DNA from: a virus
Lineage: Duplodnaviria; Heunggongvirae; Uroviricota; Caudoviricetes
DNA length: 53,288 nucleotides
Strand: one strand, 5' to 3'
Virus record (IMG/VR): IMGVR_UViG_3300025133_006513
Location: 1 to 53,288 of that record
The notes under the pieces were generated by a model. That model did no database searches. It was not told the DNA's origin and saw nothing but the letters and a program-made list of their open reading frames with translations. Below, one piece after another: positions 9,391-17,971 of the stretch; within the stretch, counting starts at the first letter, position 1; each line of letters opens with the position of its first letter. Made by a program: the position numbers and the translations under genes.

Positions 9391-9855
9391 ATGCACATTT
9401 ACAAACGCGAATTTGCCGAGTCTGAAGGGACAGAGCTGATTCTACCTAGCGGTACCACTGAGCAGTGTTGGGCCATTGGCTTCCCTCCTGAAGGGAAGAT
9501 CACTCGCTTCATCCTGCAGCAATCAGCTGGTTCAAACGTAGGGGCCACGGTGAATCTGCTTGATAGGCAGGTATGTCAGGCCGGTAGCGGCAGCTCCGCA
9601 AGTCTGTCTGCGGCAGATCCTATGGCTATCGAACTAGCACAGATCTTCCCTGAGCAAACGCTAACCTCCGGCAATACATTGTCGTTGCGTGCGGGCCTGG
9701 ATGACGGCGGGCCGTGGAGTTACCGTAACCGTGAAGGCAGCTTCTCTGTGCCTGTGCGTGCGGTATACCTCTTCCTGAACATCGATGCAGGCAACGCTGA
9801 TGGCAAGCAGTTTGAGTTAGCTATCGAGTGCCAAATGGGTGGTGAACTTAACTAA
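9391..9855 (+). CDS. Hypothetical beta-rich protein (154 aa), possibly structural
   Basis: Continuous + strand ORF with a Ser/Gly linker (GSGSSASLS). Confidence 0.75.
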   Translation: MHIYKREFAESEGTELILPSGTTEQCWAIGFPPEGKITRFILQQSAGSNVGATVNLLDRQVCQAGSGSSASLSAADPMAIELAQIFPEQTLTSGNTLSLRAGLDDGGPWSYRNREGSFSVPVRAVYLFLNIDAGNADGKQFELAIECQMGGELN

Positions 9856-9857
9856 GC

Positions 9858-9881
9858 AATCTTGTTCAGCTGAACAAAATC
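9858..9881. promoter_or_regulatory. Palindromic operator-like motif, copy 1
   Basis: AATCTTGTTCAGCTGAACAAAATC with a perfect 16-bp palindrome at 9862-9877; ends 1 nt before ATG 9883. Confidence 0.7.
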
Positions 9882-9882
9882 T

Positions 9883-10833
9883 ATGAGCATCCTGGTAAAC
9901 AGACCTGATAACAAAAGGCGTCCAGCAAACTGGCGGTGGATGCGAGCGTGCGAACTTGCAGACGGAGCACGCTTAGTCCGCGGTCGCGATGATGAGATTG
10001 TGCGTTTTGCCAGTAAATTTCGTCGTCTGATGGACCGATGTGAATCGGACGAGGATAAGCTGGAGGCGCTTGACGCACAACCCGCGATGTTCGAAGCATA
10101 CACGATCTACATGGGTGAAGATGATGCGAGCGAGGTTAAGTGGGAGCTGGAAGCACGACTGCTTGGCGGCGAACCTGTAGCCTCGATCGAAGCGAAGCTG
10201 GGAATCGACCCTGCTACGATCTTCACATATGAGCGTGTGTTCTTCGATGTACTGAGCCGACGACACTCTACGAGCTTAATGGTCCATGTGGTGATCGGAC
10301 GGTCTGTACAGACTGGCCTTGCGGAGCGCGAGTACGACTGCCTATGGAAGCTCTTTAGTTATTTCGCCGGTATCCCAGTGCTGGACGCCTATATCTGGAA
10401 GTTTAATGGCGTGAAACACGTTGAAAGTGCAGATGGGGTGCGGACGGCATTCCGAGAAATTGCAAAAGATACCATAATGTCAAAGGCAGCTGTCACTGCG
10501 TTGACGCTACCAGCTAACTGGCAGAACAATGAGTTGATCCTGGGCACATGGCAGCAAATATGTGGGCAGGAGCAGATGGCCGGGCAAGCTAGTGGTGGTA
10601 CTGAAGTGATGATGCAGAACGTCGCTGTTTTGGTTGAAGGGTTCCAGCCGCTACTGCACAAGCACATACACGGCGTGGATCCAACACCAGGCGGTATTAT
10701 CGATGAGATCGAAGACACAGGTGTACGGTTACGCTCTGACGAGCTAGCTGCTATTGCCACAGGCAACGATGTGTCTGGGTTTGAACACTTCATTACCGCT
10801 AAGTTCCCTGATTCCCAAGGTGAGGACAAATGA
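9883..10833 (+). CDS. Protein with a putative helix-turn-helix (terminase small subunit-like or regulator)
   Basis: 316 aa; EPVASIEAKLGIDPATIFTYERVF resembles an HTH; no Shine-Dalgarno upstream. Confidence 0.6.
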   Translation: MSILVNRPDNKRRPANWRWMRACELADGARLVRGRDDEIVRFASKFRRLMDRCESDEDKLEALDAQPAMFEAYTIYMGEDDASEVKWELEARLLGGEPVASIEAKLGIDPATIFTYERVFFDVLSRRHSTSLMVHVVIGRSVQTGLAEREYDCLWKLFSYFAGIPVLDAYIWKFNGVKHVESADGVRTAFREIAKDTIMSKAAVTALTLPANWQNNELILGTWQQICGQEQMAGQASGGTEVMMQNVAVLVEGFQPLLHKHIHGVDPTPGGIIDEIEDTGVRLRSDELAAIATGNDVSGFEHFITAKFPDSQGEDK

Positions 10834-12557
10834 GCAACATTCCGAGACTAAGCAAACAGAGCGAGGAGTTAATCAGCTCCGCACTGTCTGCTGTAACGGA
10901 GCGCACAAACAGCGGTGAGAGTCCAAACGATGCGATCGTAAAGGTTGCATCTGATAAGGGCATCACAGCTGGACACGTGCGACTCATGGTGCGAGCGTTT
11001 AACAACGGCCGCAGCCTGGGGCATATCCGTGAACACAGCGGACTCCATGAAAAAGCAGCATCGTTTTCCCTGGCAGATGCCGGTGAGATCCTTGAGCGTA
11101 TGTTCCCGTCTAAGATTCCAACGCAAGCTGAGAAGCAGGCGTCGGTCGCTGTCGGGTCAGACTACTCTCGATCGCCGCAAGCCTGGCTGAAGCGACGCGC
11201 AGGCGGTAAGGTTCGCACAGAGATGGTCAAGACAGCCGCGGCGGCAACGCCAAAGCAACGACCAGCCTCTGCGTACGAATACCGCGACGGGCGTAAGGCT
11301 CTCAGCAATCTGGCTGATATCCGCCGGGAGCATGATCGCGTGAAAGACGCCGCGATCAAGGCTGCTTACAAGGTGGCTGCTGACGTCAGCGAGCTTGGCG
11401 AATACTTCCGCCGGCCAGACGCATTGCCCGCTGCAGAGGTGGCTACGAACGCTGCCTACATGTACGGGGAACCTGCGAATAAGCTGGTCACCCACGCTGG
11501 TGCCATGCAGAAAAGTGCACGAGTAGCCAACAGGGCACGACCCGTTGACTGGAATGCTACACCTTACTCGTTGATCAAACAAGCACTCAGCAGCATGACT
11601 GACTTCACAATGAAGCGGGCATCGCTCGATACACATGCGAGTGGCTTGGCTGAAAAGAAAGCGGAGGAACTCCGCCCTTTTGGGTTAGGCCTCGAGAACG
11701 TGATTACCGGCTCGCTATGGGACAATCAATCGCAGATTGAGAAGCAGGCTGTTGGCCTGTTTGGTCTGGGGTTGGTTGGAGCGACCGGTGGTATGGCTCG
11801 AGGCATGGCACAAAAGATGTCACCGAAGACACGTGAAGATCTTGTTCAGGATCGATTGTTTGAGCTATCTAGCCCGCAGCATGAGGATAAGTTGCGGGCT
11901 ATCAGGGTGCGGACTATGCTGCACGAATTGATGAACTCGGATCCAATCATCAGCGGTTATGACCCACAGGAGGTGCTGGAAGCGTATAACCACCTTGCTG
12001 AGGTATCACCGCAGGTAATGCAGCAACGTATTACCGCGCAGGGTTTGCTGCGTAAATACCTGGAACAAGCGTCAGCACTCGACGCATTCGATGCAAACGA
12101 GATGTTGAGTGTAGAGAAGGGCATCACTGAGCGAAACTCACCGAAAGCCTTGTCGAAGACACACCAGACGGGTGCTGCCCGTGAGCTTGGTCCTGCAATC
12201 GGTACCGACACAGCTAAAGGGGCAGATGGCGACCCGCTGGCTAAGGCGTTAAGTGGTTACGAACGTATCACTGAAAAGCCAGCCGCGAACGGCAAGAGTC
12301 TCGCTGAGCAGTACGATAGGTTAGGATGGCGAGAAGCACTCTTTGGTGGTGAGAAGAAGGAACCAGAAGAGGACTCAGGCCCTGGGGTTGTAATTAGTGA
12401 CAAGCGCCCAGAGAAACCAGAAGCAACGGAAGAACCCGAAGCTACGCTACCGCCACCACCTGCACCAATGGATCTCGACGCCTGGTTCGCAGACTCGAAC
12501 GCAGACGCAAGACAACAAGAGAAGTCTGACCTTGAGCAGGGTATTTTCCCCACGTAG
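10830..12557 (+). CDS. Putative internal head/ejection protein with a Gly-rich hydrophobic segment
   Basis: 575 aa, about 14 K-x-A motifs, no Cys; VGLFGLGLVGATGG follows IEKQA; ATGA overlap with the upstream gene. Confidence 0.75.
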   Translation: MSNIPRLSKQSEELISSALSAVTERTNSGESPNDAIVKVASDKGITAGHVRLMVRAFNNGRSLGHIREHSGLHEKAASFSLADAGEILERMFPSKIPTQAEKQASVAVGSDYSRSPQAWLKRRAGGKVRTEMVKTAAAATPKQRPASAYEYRDGRKALSNLADIRREHDRVKDAAIKAAYKVAADVSELGEYFRRPDALPAAEVATNAAYMYGEPANKLVTHAGAMQKSARVANRARPVDWNATPYSLIKQALSSMTDFTMKRASLDTHASGLAEKKAEELRPFGLGLENVITGSLWDNQSQIEKQAVGLFGLGLVGATGGMARGMAQKMSPKTREDLVQDRLFELSSPQHEDKLRAIRVRTMLHELMNSDPIISGYDPQEVLEAYNHLAEVSPQVMQQRITAQGLLRKYLEQASALDAFDANEMLSVEKGITERNSPKALSKTHQTGAARELGPAIGTDTAKGADGDPLAKALSGYERITEKPAANGKSLAEQYDRLGWREALFGGEKKEPEEDSGPGVVISDKRPEKPEATEEPEATLPPPPAPMDLDAWFADSNADARQQEKSDLEQGIFPT

Positions 12558-12582
12558 TAAATCAGGTTTAATGGAGTCCGTA

Positions 12583-13854
12583 ATGGATTACGACAATCTC
12601 ACATACGCTGACGCCAAAGGCATGCTCAAGCAAGCTGACGGCGACTGGATGCAAGCTTTAGCCCAGGGGGCTAAAGACTTCGGCAATACGGCTGTGCAAG
12701 GCGCTAAAGACCTTGGCAATATTGCTGTGGAGTCTTTCAACAATCAAGATCACAGGATCCCCTGGCATGCAGGTCTGGGTGCTCTCACAGGGGCAGGACT
12801 TGGTGCCGTCTCATCGAGGTTCCAGCCTAAGAAGCGACGCAACACGCTGGGGCGTATGCTGACTGGCGGTATGCTCGGGTCACTTGGTGGGCTCGGACTC
12901 GCGGCTGCAACTGATACAACGATCGCCGACAACCAGGCGGCTGATACAAAAGCGAAGCAAGATAAGGTGGACATAGCTACGTTCGAAGATTTGAATAATC
13001 CAAGCCCGCCCCTGACGGTGGAGCAGATAGTTATGGACCTAGGTAACGCAGGGCGTGATGCGTACGTAGGGGTGCGCGATCACTCAGACGTCGAAGGTAA
13101 GCTGGGCGATATAACCACCCGCGGCGGGCGGTACCTAGCGAACCTATACACCGGCACGGGTACCGATGAATCTAACAAAGCGTGGGCGAAATCTACGCCT
13201 GTGTTTGGTCAGTTTGCTGACGATGAATGGGCGGGCCCCCTCGCTAACCCATCACCGTACCTAGGTGCGACTATGGGTGCTTATCTTGGCGGCTGGCGGC
13301 ACCGGCCCGGGCGGTTAGCGGCTTATATCCCACGCTTTGGGCAAGAAGCGTTCTACAAGGCGGTGCAGAAGGACTTACAAAAAGCCAATCGAGGGCAAGG
13401 CCACATGTCTGTTCCGGATGGCGCTACGGATGGGAAAGCGACACTGACAGCCCACCAACTGCGTGACGCTCGCACTGCCAAAGTTAACCATGAAAAAGCA
13501 CAGAGGAAACCTAACACAGACGGCACACTGACACCGGCTGGACAGCAGGAAAAAGCATTCCTAAGGCGGATATTCAAAGGCCCCGGCACTGCCGCCGCGT
13601 TGAAGGGGGACTACCCTGGAGCCACGCATACCGACCCTAACTGGGACGATGCGGTGCAGCGGCAACGACGAGTCAAAGCCACCAAGTGGAAACAGATACG
13701 CAAGGCGGGGCTGTACGGATTACTCGCACACTTAGGTATACGGTTCACCCAAGACATGTATGGGGACCGCCCTGACGCGGTGATGCGTGAAGCACTACGC
13801 GCCGCGGCGAGAACTAAAGCAATAGCGGACGCGGCTGCGGCCGCGGAGCAATAA
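12583..13854 (+). CDS. Putative ejection protein with glycine-zipper membrane segments (423 aa)
   Basis: Start re-called at ATG 12583 (GGAG at 12573-12576, after the upstream stop). MLKQA at aa 14-18; GLGALTGAGLGAV, GGMLGSLGGLGL, LGATMGAYLGG; no Cys. Confidence 0.75.
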   Translation: MDYDNLTYADAKGMLKQADGDWMQALAQGAKDFGNTAVQGAKDLGNIAVESFNNQDHRIPWHAGLGALTGAGLGAVSSRFQPKKRRNTLGRMLTGGMLGSLGGLGLAAATDTTIADNQAADTKAKQDKVDIATFEDLNNPSPPLTVEQIVMDLGNAGRDAYVGVRDHSDVEGKLGDITTRGGRYLANLYTGTGTDESNKAWAKSTPVFGQFADDEWAGPLANPSPYLGATMGAYLGGWRHRPGRLAAYIPRFGQEAFYKAVQKDLQKANRGQGHMSVPDGATDGKATLTAHQLRDARTAKVNHEKAQRKPNTDGTLTPAGQQEKAFLRRIFKGPGTAAALKGDYPGATHTDPNWDDAVQRQRRVKATKWKQIRKAGLYGLLAHLGIRFTQDMYGDRPDAVMREALRAAARTKAIADAAAAAEQ

Positions 13855-13889
13855 GGAAGGACCATTCCTTAATCGTAAGGTAATAACAC

Positions 13890-15389
13890 ATGGCACATAC
13901 AAAACTCATCACACCTGGATCGCAGAACTTCCACGAGCCTATCGCGCAACGTGTGAAGATCTCCGGCGGCAGGCTGCGCGGTCTTGATCTCCAAGACTTC
14001 GTTAAGCGTGCATCTGTGCAATTCATCGATAAGATTGCATCAGTCAAGCTGCAACCAGGCGAGGTACCTGTACACCTATTGGCTGTCGGTGCTGAGGAAT
14101 ACTACGGGTTCAATCGTAACGGTGATGGCTTCAAAGAGGCTGTATGCAAGGAGTACCATCCTACCTTCGAGAAGTTCGCCCGCTGGTACCGTGACCACCA
14201 GAACAAAGATGTGAGCAAGGGCCGCGGTATCATCAAGGCATCTGCCTACAATGGTGACATGCGACGTATCGAGCTGCTGGTAGCCCTCAACGGCACCAAA
14301 GAGGCTGCTGATCGCAATGGTGGCTTGGTTGCCGACGAAGAGCTGGAGAAGCTCGCCAAAGACGAGGATATCCCTGTATCGATGGCTTGCCGTGTCAGTC
14401 ATGACGTTTGCTCTGGCTGCGGGAACAAAGCTAAGAATCGATCGGAATACTGTGGTCCAGAGATGTGTAAGTACGGCGGTTGCCGCGATAACCTCGCGAA
14501 GACCTTCGACGATGGCACGACCCTGGGCGTCTACAACCCCGATCCCAGGTTCTTCGATATCAGTAAGGTCTTTCGCCCAGCAGACAGAATCGCCTATACT
14601 CTAGGTATGGCAAAGGCAGCAGCCGACTATCAAATGCTTCTCAAGGAAGCAGGTGACATGTACGGTGCCGATCGCAGCTCTGCTGCACTTGCCGACAAGA
14701 TGGGTGTGACACCGCCGCTCTGGTTGCTCTCTGACGGTCCTTGGGCTGACCCCAAGATTGTTGGACAACTCAAGATGGCGAACGCACTCATCAACCTTGA
14801 AGAGGAGCTTAACCAAGATACAACGCCTTCAAGAGCATCCCGGGCGTTTATGTCAGAGGTTCAACCTCTGCGAAACGATGCCCCGGATGTAAGACAGGGA
14901 CCATTCAAACTTGCCCACGTTGTGACAGCATTGGCTGCAGAACGATGCATGCTGCCGGTGGATACTTTCATCGCCATGCTGGCGGGCAACGAGAATGTGA
15001 AAACAGCAGCTGACGCCGTCACAGCACGACTCTCCGGAATCTACAATCGATTGGCGTCGGACCCTACGTTGGAGAACGATCTGCGGAATAACCCTTATTT
15101 ACCGGGTCCCCCAGCTCCTCGCCGCGTAAAACACTGGGTGTTGAAGCACGCCTCTGAGTGGTCGCTCGATAAGAGTAGCGTCGTTCAAAGGCTTCAACTC
15201 TCGACGTTACGACATCCGGCACCCCCTAAGGGTAACCGGGAAATGTTGAAGATTGCGATGGAGGATAGCAGCGAAGCATTGGCCAAACAGTACGCTCTGT
15301 ACCAGCTTGGTTTCCTCACTGCTAACGCTGAACAACCCGAAGCTACGTTCATGCAGGAAATGGCAATACGGTCTAATATCGCCATTTAA
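13890..15389 (+). CDS. Prohead maturation serine protease (HK97/assemblin-type) with a Cys-rich insertion
   Basis: WYRDHQN (candidate His), VSMACRVSHDVCSGCG (candidate Ser plus Zn ribbon), FFDISKVFRPAD; immediately precedes scaffold and capsid genes. Confidence 0.85.
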   Translation: MAHTKLITPGSQNFHEPIAQRVKISGGRLRGLDLQDFVKRASVQFIDKIASVKLQPGEVPVHLLAVGAEEYYGFNRNGDGFKEAVCKEYHPTFEKFARWYRDHQNKDVSKGRGIIKASAYNGDMRRIELLVALNGTKEAADRNGGLVADEELEKLAKDEDIPVSMACRVSHDVCSGCGNKAKNRSEYCGPEMCKYGGCRDNLAKTFDDGTTLGVYNPDPRFFDISKVFRPADRIAYTLGMAKAAADYQMLLKEAGDMYGADRSSAALADKMGVTPPLWLLSDGPWADPKIVGQLKMANALINLEEELNQDTTPSRASRAFMSEVQPLRNDAPDVRQGPFKLAHVVTALAAERCMLPVDTFIAMLAGNENVKTAADAVTARLSGIYNRLASDPTLENDLRNNPYLPGPPAPRRVKHWVLKHASEWSLDKSSVVQRLQLSTLRHPAPPKGNREMLKIAMEDSSEALAKQYALYQLGFLTANAEQPEATFMQEMAIRSNIAI

Positions 15390-15411
15390 CGAACCAGTAG
15401 CAGGTTATGCC

Positions 15412-15441
15412 TTGACGGCATGACTGCTTTTACGACAAAAT
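15412..15441 (+). promoter_or_regulatory. Possible promoter for the scaffold-capsid genes
   Basis: TTGACG-N18-CAAAAT in the intergenic region; GGAGG RBS before 15495. Confidence 0.35.
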
Positions 15442-15494
15442 AAACCACGACGGGTGCAAATTCAAAAGCCCGAAGTTCACCGGAGGATAACTTA

Positions 15495-16757
15495 ATGCCT
15501 ACCTCATTGTTCGATCGCGTTGCTGGTCTCTGCGACGAGATTGGTGCCGAGAAGACAGCTGCTGCAGCGGAGAAGCGTGCCGAGACCGGCATTCCTGATC
15601 CGGGTGGCGCTGAGGGCGCTACCTCGCATCCGTCCAAAAAGACAGATGATGATTTGCAGCCCGCCTCTGAAGGAGAGCAATCTGCGGATAACACCCGGAT
15701 TGTCAAAGAAACAGTTCCAGACTCTGTCGACTCCAAGTCGGACGAGACGCATGAGGGTGCTCCAAAGGCAACCGACGTGCAACTGGGCAGCGAGACTGCT
15801 AAGCCAACTGGCGACGATCCTTCTGCTGAAGGTGACTACAAAGCCAAGTTGGAAGGCGACAAGCGACAAGGTGACCAAGGTGGGACATCTCACCCAGCCA
15901 CCGGTTCTTATGGCGAAAAGTACTCAGCTGATGCAGTTACGTCGATGTCCGACGAAGCTCTGCTCAAGAGTGCTTGTGATCTCGGCAACGAGCTGACATC
16001 TGATCTCGCCAACGGCTTGCTATCGCCAACGGCAAAAAACTTTAACGGGGCGGGTCGCACCCCTACCACGAAGCAAGCAGCCGCAGCTGGTCAGCGAACT
16101 GCTGCGCAAGCTGGCGCGATGGGCAATCAACTTGAAAAAGTTGCCTCTGGTGTTGTTCAGCAAGTGGTGAAGGAAGCCTACGGTCAGGCTGATCTTGTCA
16201 CTGATCACCTTGCCCGCGAGTTGGCTATCTTGAAAAAGCAAGCCCACGAAGAGGAAACTGAAGGTGAAGATCCAACCGGCGGTGCCGGTGAAGGGGAAGA
16301 CCACGGCACAGAAGAAGCCGGCGGTCCTCCTGTGGCAGGTGGTGGCGAAGAGCTACCTCCGGAAGCTGCTGAAAGCCTGCTTGCCGCAATGGGCGGTGGA
16401 GAGATGGGCGGAGGCGGTGGCCTTGATGGTGGCCTCGGCGGAGACCCAGGAATGGGCGGCATGGGCGGTCCAGAAATGGGCGGTGAACTCGGTGGCGCTC
16501 CTCCAGAAATGGGCGGAATGGGCGACCAAGATGCACTGCAGCAGCTCGCCATGGCACTTATGGAAGCAGGAATCGATCCACAACAGTTGGCTGCATTGGC
16601 CGGCGGTGATGGTCAGAAGATCGCTTCGGCAGTTTACAATTACAAACGAGCGGGCCACTTTGCCTTCAGTGAGGCTAAGCAAGGTTCCGATCAACGCAAA
16701 GTCCGCGACTACATGAAGGGCTTCGTGTTGGAGCTCTACAACCGCAGTCGTAAGTAG
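15495..16757 (+). CDS. Capsid scaffolding/core protein
   Basis: 420 aa, acidic, largely low-complexity (Gly/Met/Glu/Pro), 9 K-x-A motifs, helical C-terminal tail; lies between protease and capsid genes. Confidence 0.7.
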   Translation: MPTSLFDRVAGLCDEIGAEKTAAAAEKRAETGIPDPGGAEGATSHPSKKTDDDLQPASEGEQSADNTRIVKETVPDSVDSKSDETHEGAPKATDVQLGSETAKPTGDDPSAEGDYKAKLEGDKRQGDQGGTSHPATGSYGEKYSADAVTSMSDEALLKSACDLGNELTSDLANGLLSPTAKNFNGAGRTPTTKQAAAAGQRTAAQAGAMGNQLEKVASGVVQQVVKEAYGQADLVTDHLARELAILKKQAHEEETEGEDPTGGAGEGEDHGTEEAGGPPVAGGGEELPPEAAESLLAAMGGGEMGGGGGLDGGLGGDPGMGGMGGPEMGGELGGAPPEMGGMGDQDALQQLAMALMEAGIDPQQLAALAGGDGQKIASAVYNYKRAGHFAFSEAKQGSDQRKVRDYMKGFVLELYNRSRK

Positions 16758-16770
16758 TTTCACCCAAAAC

Positions 16771-16797
16771 CCTGTTCTCACTATCGAGTGAAATAGG
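16771..16797 (+). other. Intergenic RNA hairpin
   Basis: CCTGTT-C-TCACT-ATCG-AGTGA-AATAGG, 11 bp with one bulge and one G.U pair. Confidence 0.6.
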
Positions 16798-16825
16798 TTA
16801 ATCTGAGTGAACATGGAGGATAAAC

Positions 16826-17227
16826 ATGTCCACAAGTTCCGCACCACAGAAGGTATTAGCTCACCTTCGCATGTCTAACGAGATTGCCAAGCGTCACCAG
16901 AATCACCTGGAAAAGACAGCAGCAGTCTCCGCAGCCGCGCGACAGGCAGCTCCTGAAGCTATCGCAGCTTTGGTTGCTAACGAGCGTGTCTTCGAACATC
17001 AACAAGAAGCTGTCTTGGAGAAGATCGCGGGAAGCCACGTGGCTTGCCTCGAGTTGATCCGAGACTTGGCTAAGCATCGGAACGCCGCGGAGCTTGACTC
17101 CATCGGCTCTCCTGCTGGCCAGGAAAAGACAGCCTCAGCCGGTAGCTCCATCACTGGTGCTGCCGTAGCAGACTTCGATGAAACGGAGTCTGGAGACGCT
17201 TTCCGTCGAAAGTTGCTGGGTCAGTAA
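16826..17227 (+). CDS. Small head-associated protein (133 aa)
   Basis: GGAGG RBS; LEKTA, LEKIA and QEKTA motifs. Confidence 0.8.
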   Translation: MSTSSAPQKVLAHLRMSNEIAKRHQNHLEKTAAVSAAARQAAPEAIAALVANERVFEHQQEAVLEKIAGSHVACLELIRDLAKHRNAAELDSIGSPAGQEKTASAGSSITGAAVADFDETESGDAFRRKLLGQ

Positions 17228-17246
17228 CTTTTTGAAACTAAACTTC

Positions 17247-17265
17247 AATCGTGCTTAGCACGATT
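17247..17265 (+). other. Intergenic RNA hairpin
   Basis: AATCGTGC-TTA-GCACGATT, perfect 8-bp stem. Confidence 0.6.
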
Positions 17266-17294
17266 TACTCTGTCTTGACATTGGAGGTCACACG

Positions 17295-17882
17295 ATGCCT
17301 GGTCAAGTCGCACAAATGTTTGAGCAAGCAATGGACCCAATCAAAGGTTGGTTCCACCTGTCTGCCTTGGACAAATCAGCGAAGTTGTCTAGCACGCTTC
17401 TTGGGTCTACGGACGTCCCCGCTGGTCGTGTTGCTGTTATCAATGATTCTGGTGAGTTCGTAACGGACCGTACCAGTATCACGAATACTGAAACAGCAAT
17501 GCCGATCTACTTGTGGAACGGTTCAGATCACCCCGACGTTTATAACGACGGGACAAGCAGCGTCACAAGTACTGTGCACTGGTATGGTATCGCACCAACC
17601 GGTGTCATGTCTGGTCTTGTCGCAACTGGTGGTTACGAATTGCAAACCACTGAGTTCGATGCCACTCAGACATACGTCGCCAATGATTTGCTCACAGCAG
17701 CAACCACTGGTATCATGACGAACGCTTCTGCTGTCCAGTATACAAACTGGATCTGCGGTATCTGTTCGTTCCACGCGCAGGGCGCCCAGGGCGACACTGC
17801 GGCCACAAGTCCCGAAGGTGTCAACGCACACGGCGTTGCTACCCTCACGTTCTGGAGCTACTTCCTACCAGCCGCAGCGTAA
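17295..17882 (+). CDS. Capsid decoration/cement protein
   Basis: 195 aa beta-rich protein directly upstream of the MCP, the usual position for a decoration protein; GGAGG RBS; LDKSA at aa 25-29. Confidence 0.65.
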   Translation: MPGQVAQMFEQAMDPIKGWFHLSALDKSAKLSSTLLGSTDVPAGRVAVINDSGEFVTDRTSITNTETAMPIYLWNGSDHPDVYNDGTSSVTSTVHWYGIAPTGVMSGLVATGGYELQTTEFDATQTYVANDLLTAATTGIMTNASAVQYTNWICGICSFHAQGAQGDTAATSPEGVNAHGVATLTFWSYFLPAAA

Positions 17883-17924
17883 GAATAACGGTGAGCTGTT
17901 AGTTGTCGCATAAACTGTAATCAA

Positions 17925-17948
17925 TCATCCCCAGGGAATTGGGGATGA
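17925..17948 (+). other. Intergenic RNA hairpin upstream of the MCP RBS
   Basis: TCATCCCCA-GGGAAT-TGGGGATGA, perfect 9-bp stem; AAGGAGG RBS at 17958-17964. Confidence 0.65.
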
Positions 17949-17971
17949 ACATCAATCAAGGAGGTTGATCG

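Noticed and set aside
12397-12582. ORF-track N-terminal extension of the 485 aa ORF
   Set aside because: It overlaps the upstream gene by 160 nt; ATG 12583 has an RBS and follows the upstream stop.
17275-17280. TTGACA as a promoter -35
   Set aside because: No -10 at 16-18 bp spacing; that position falls inside the next CDS (CCTGGT).
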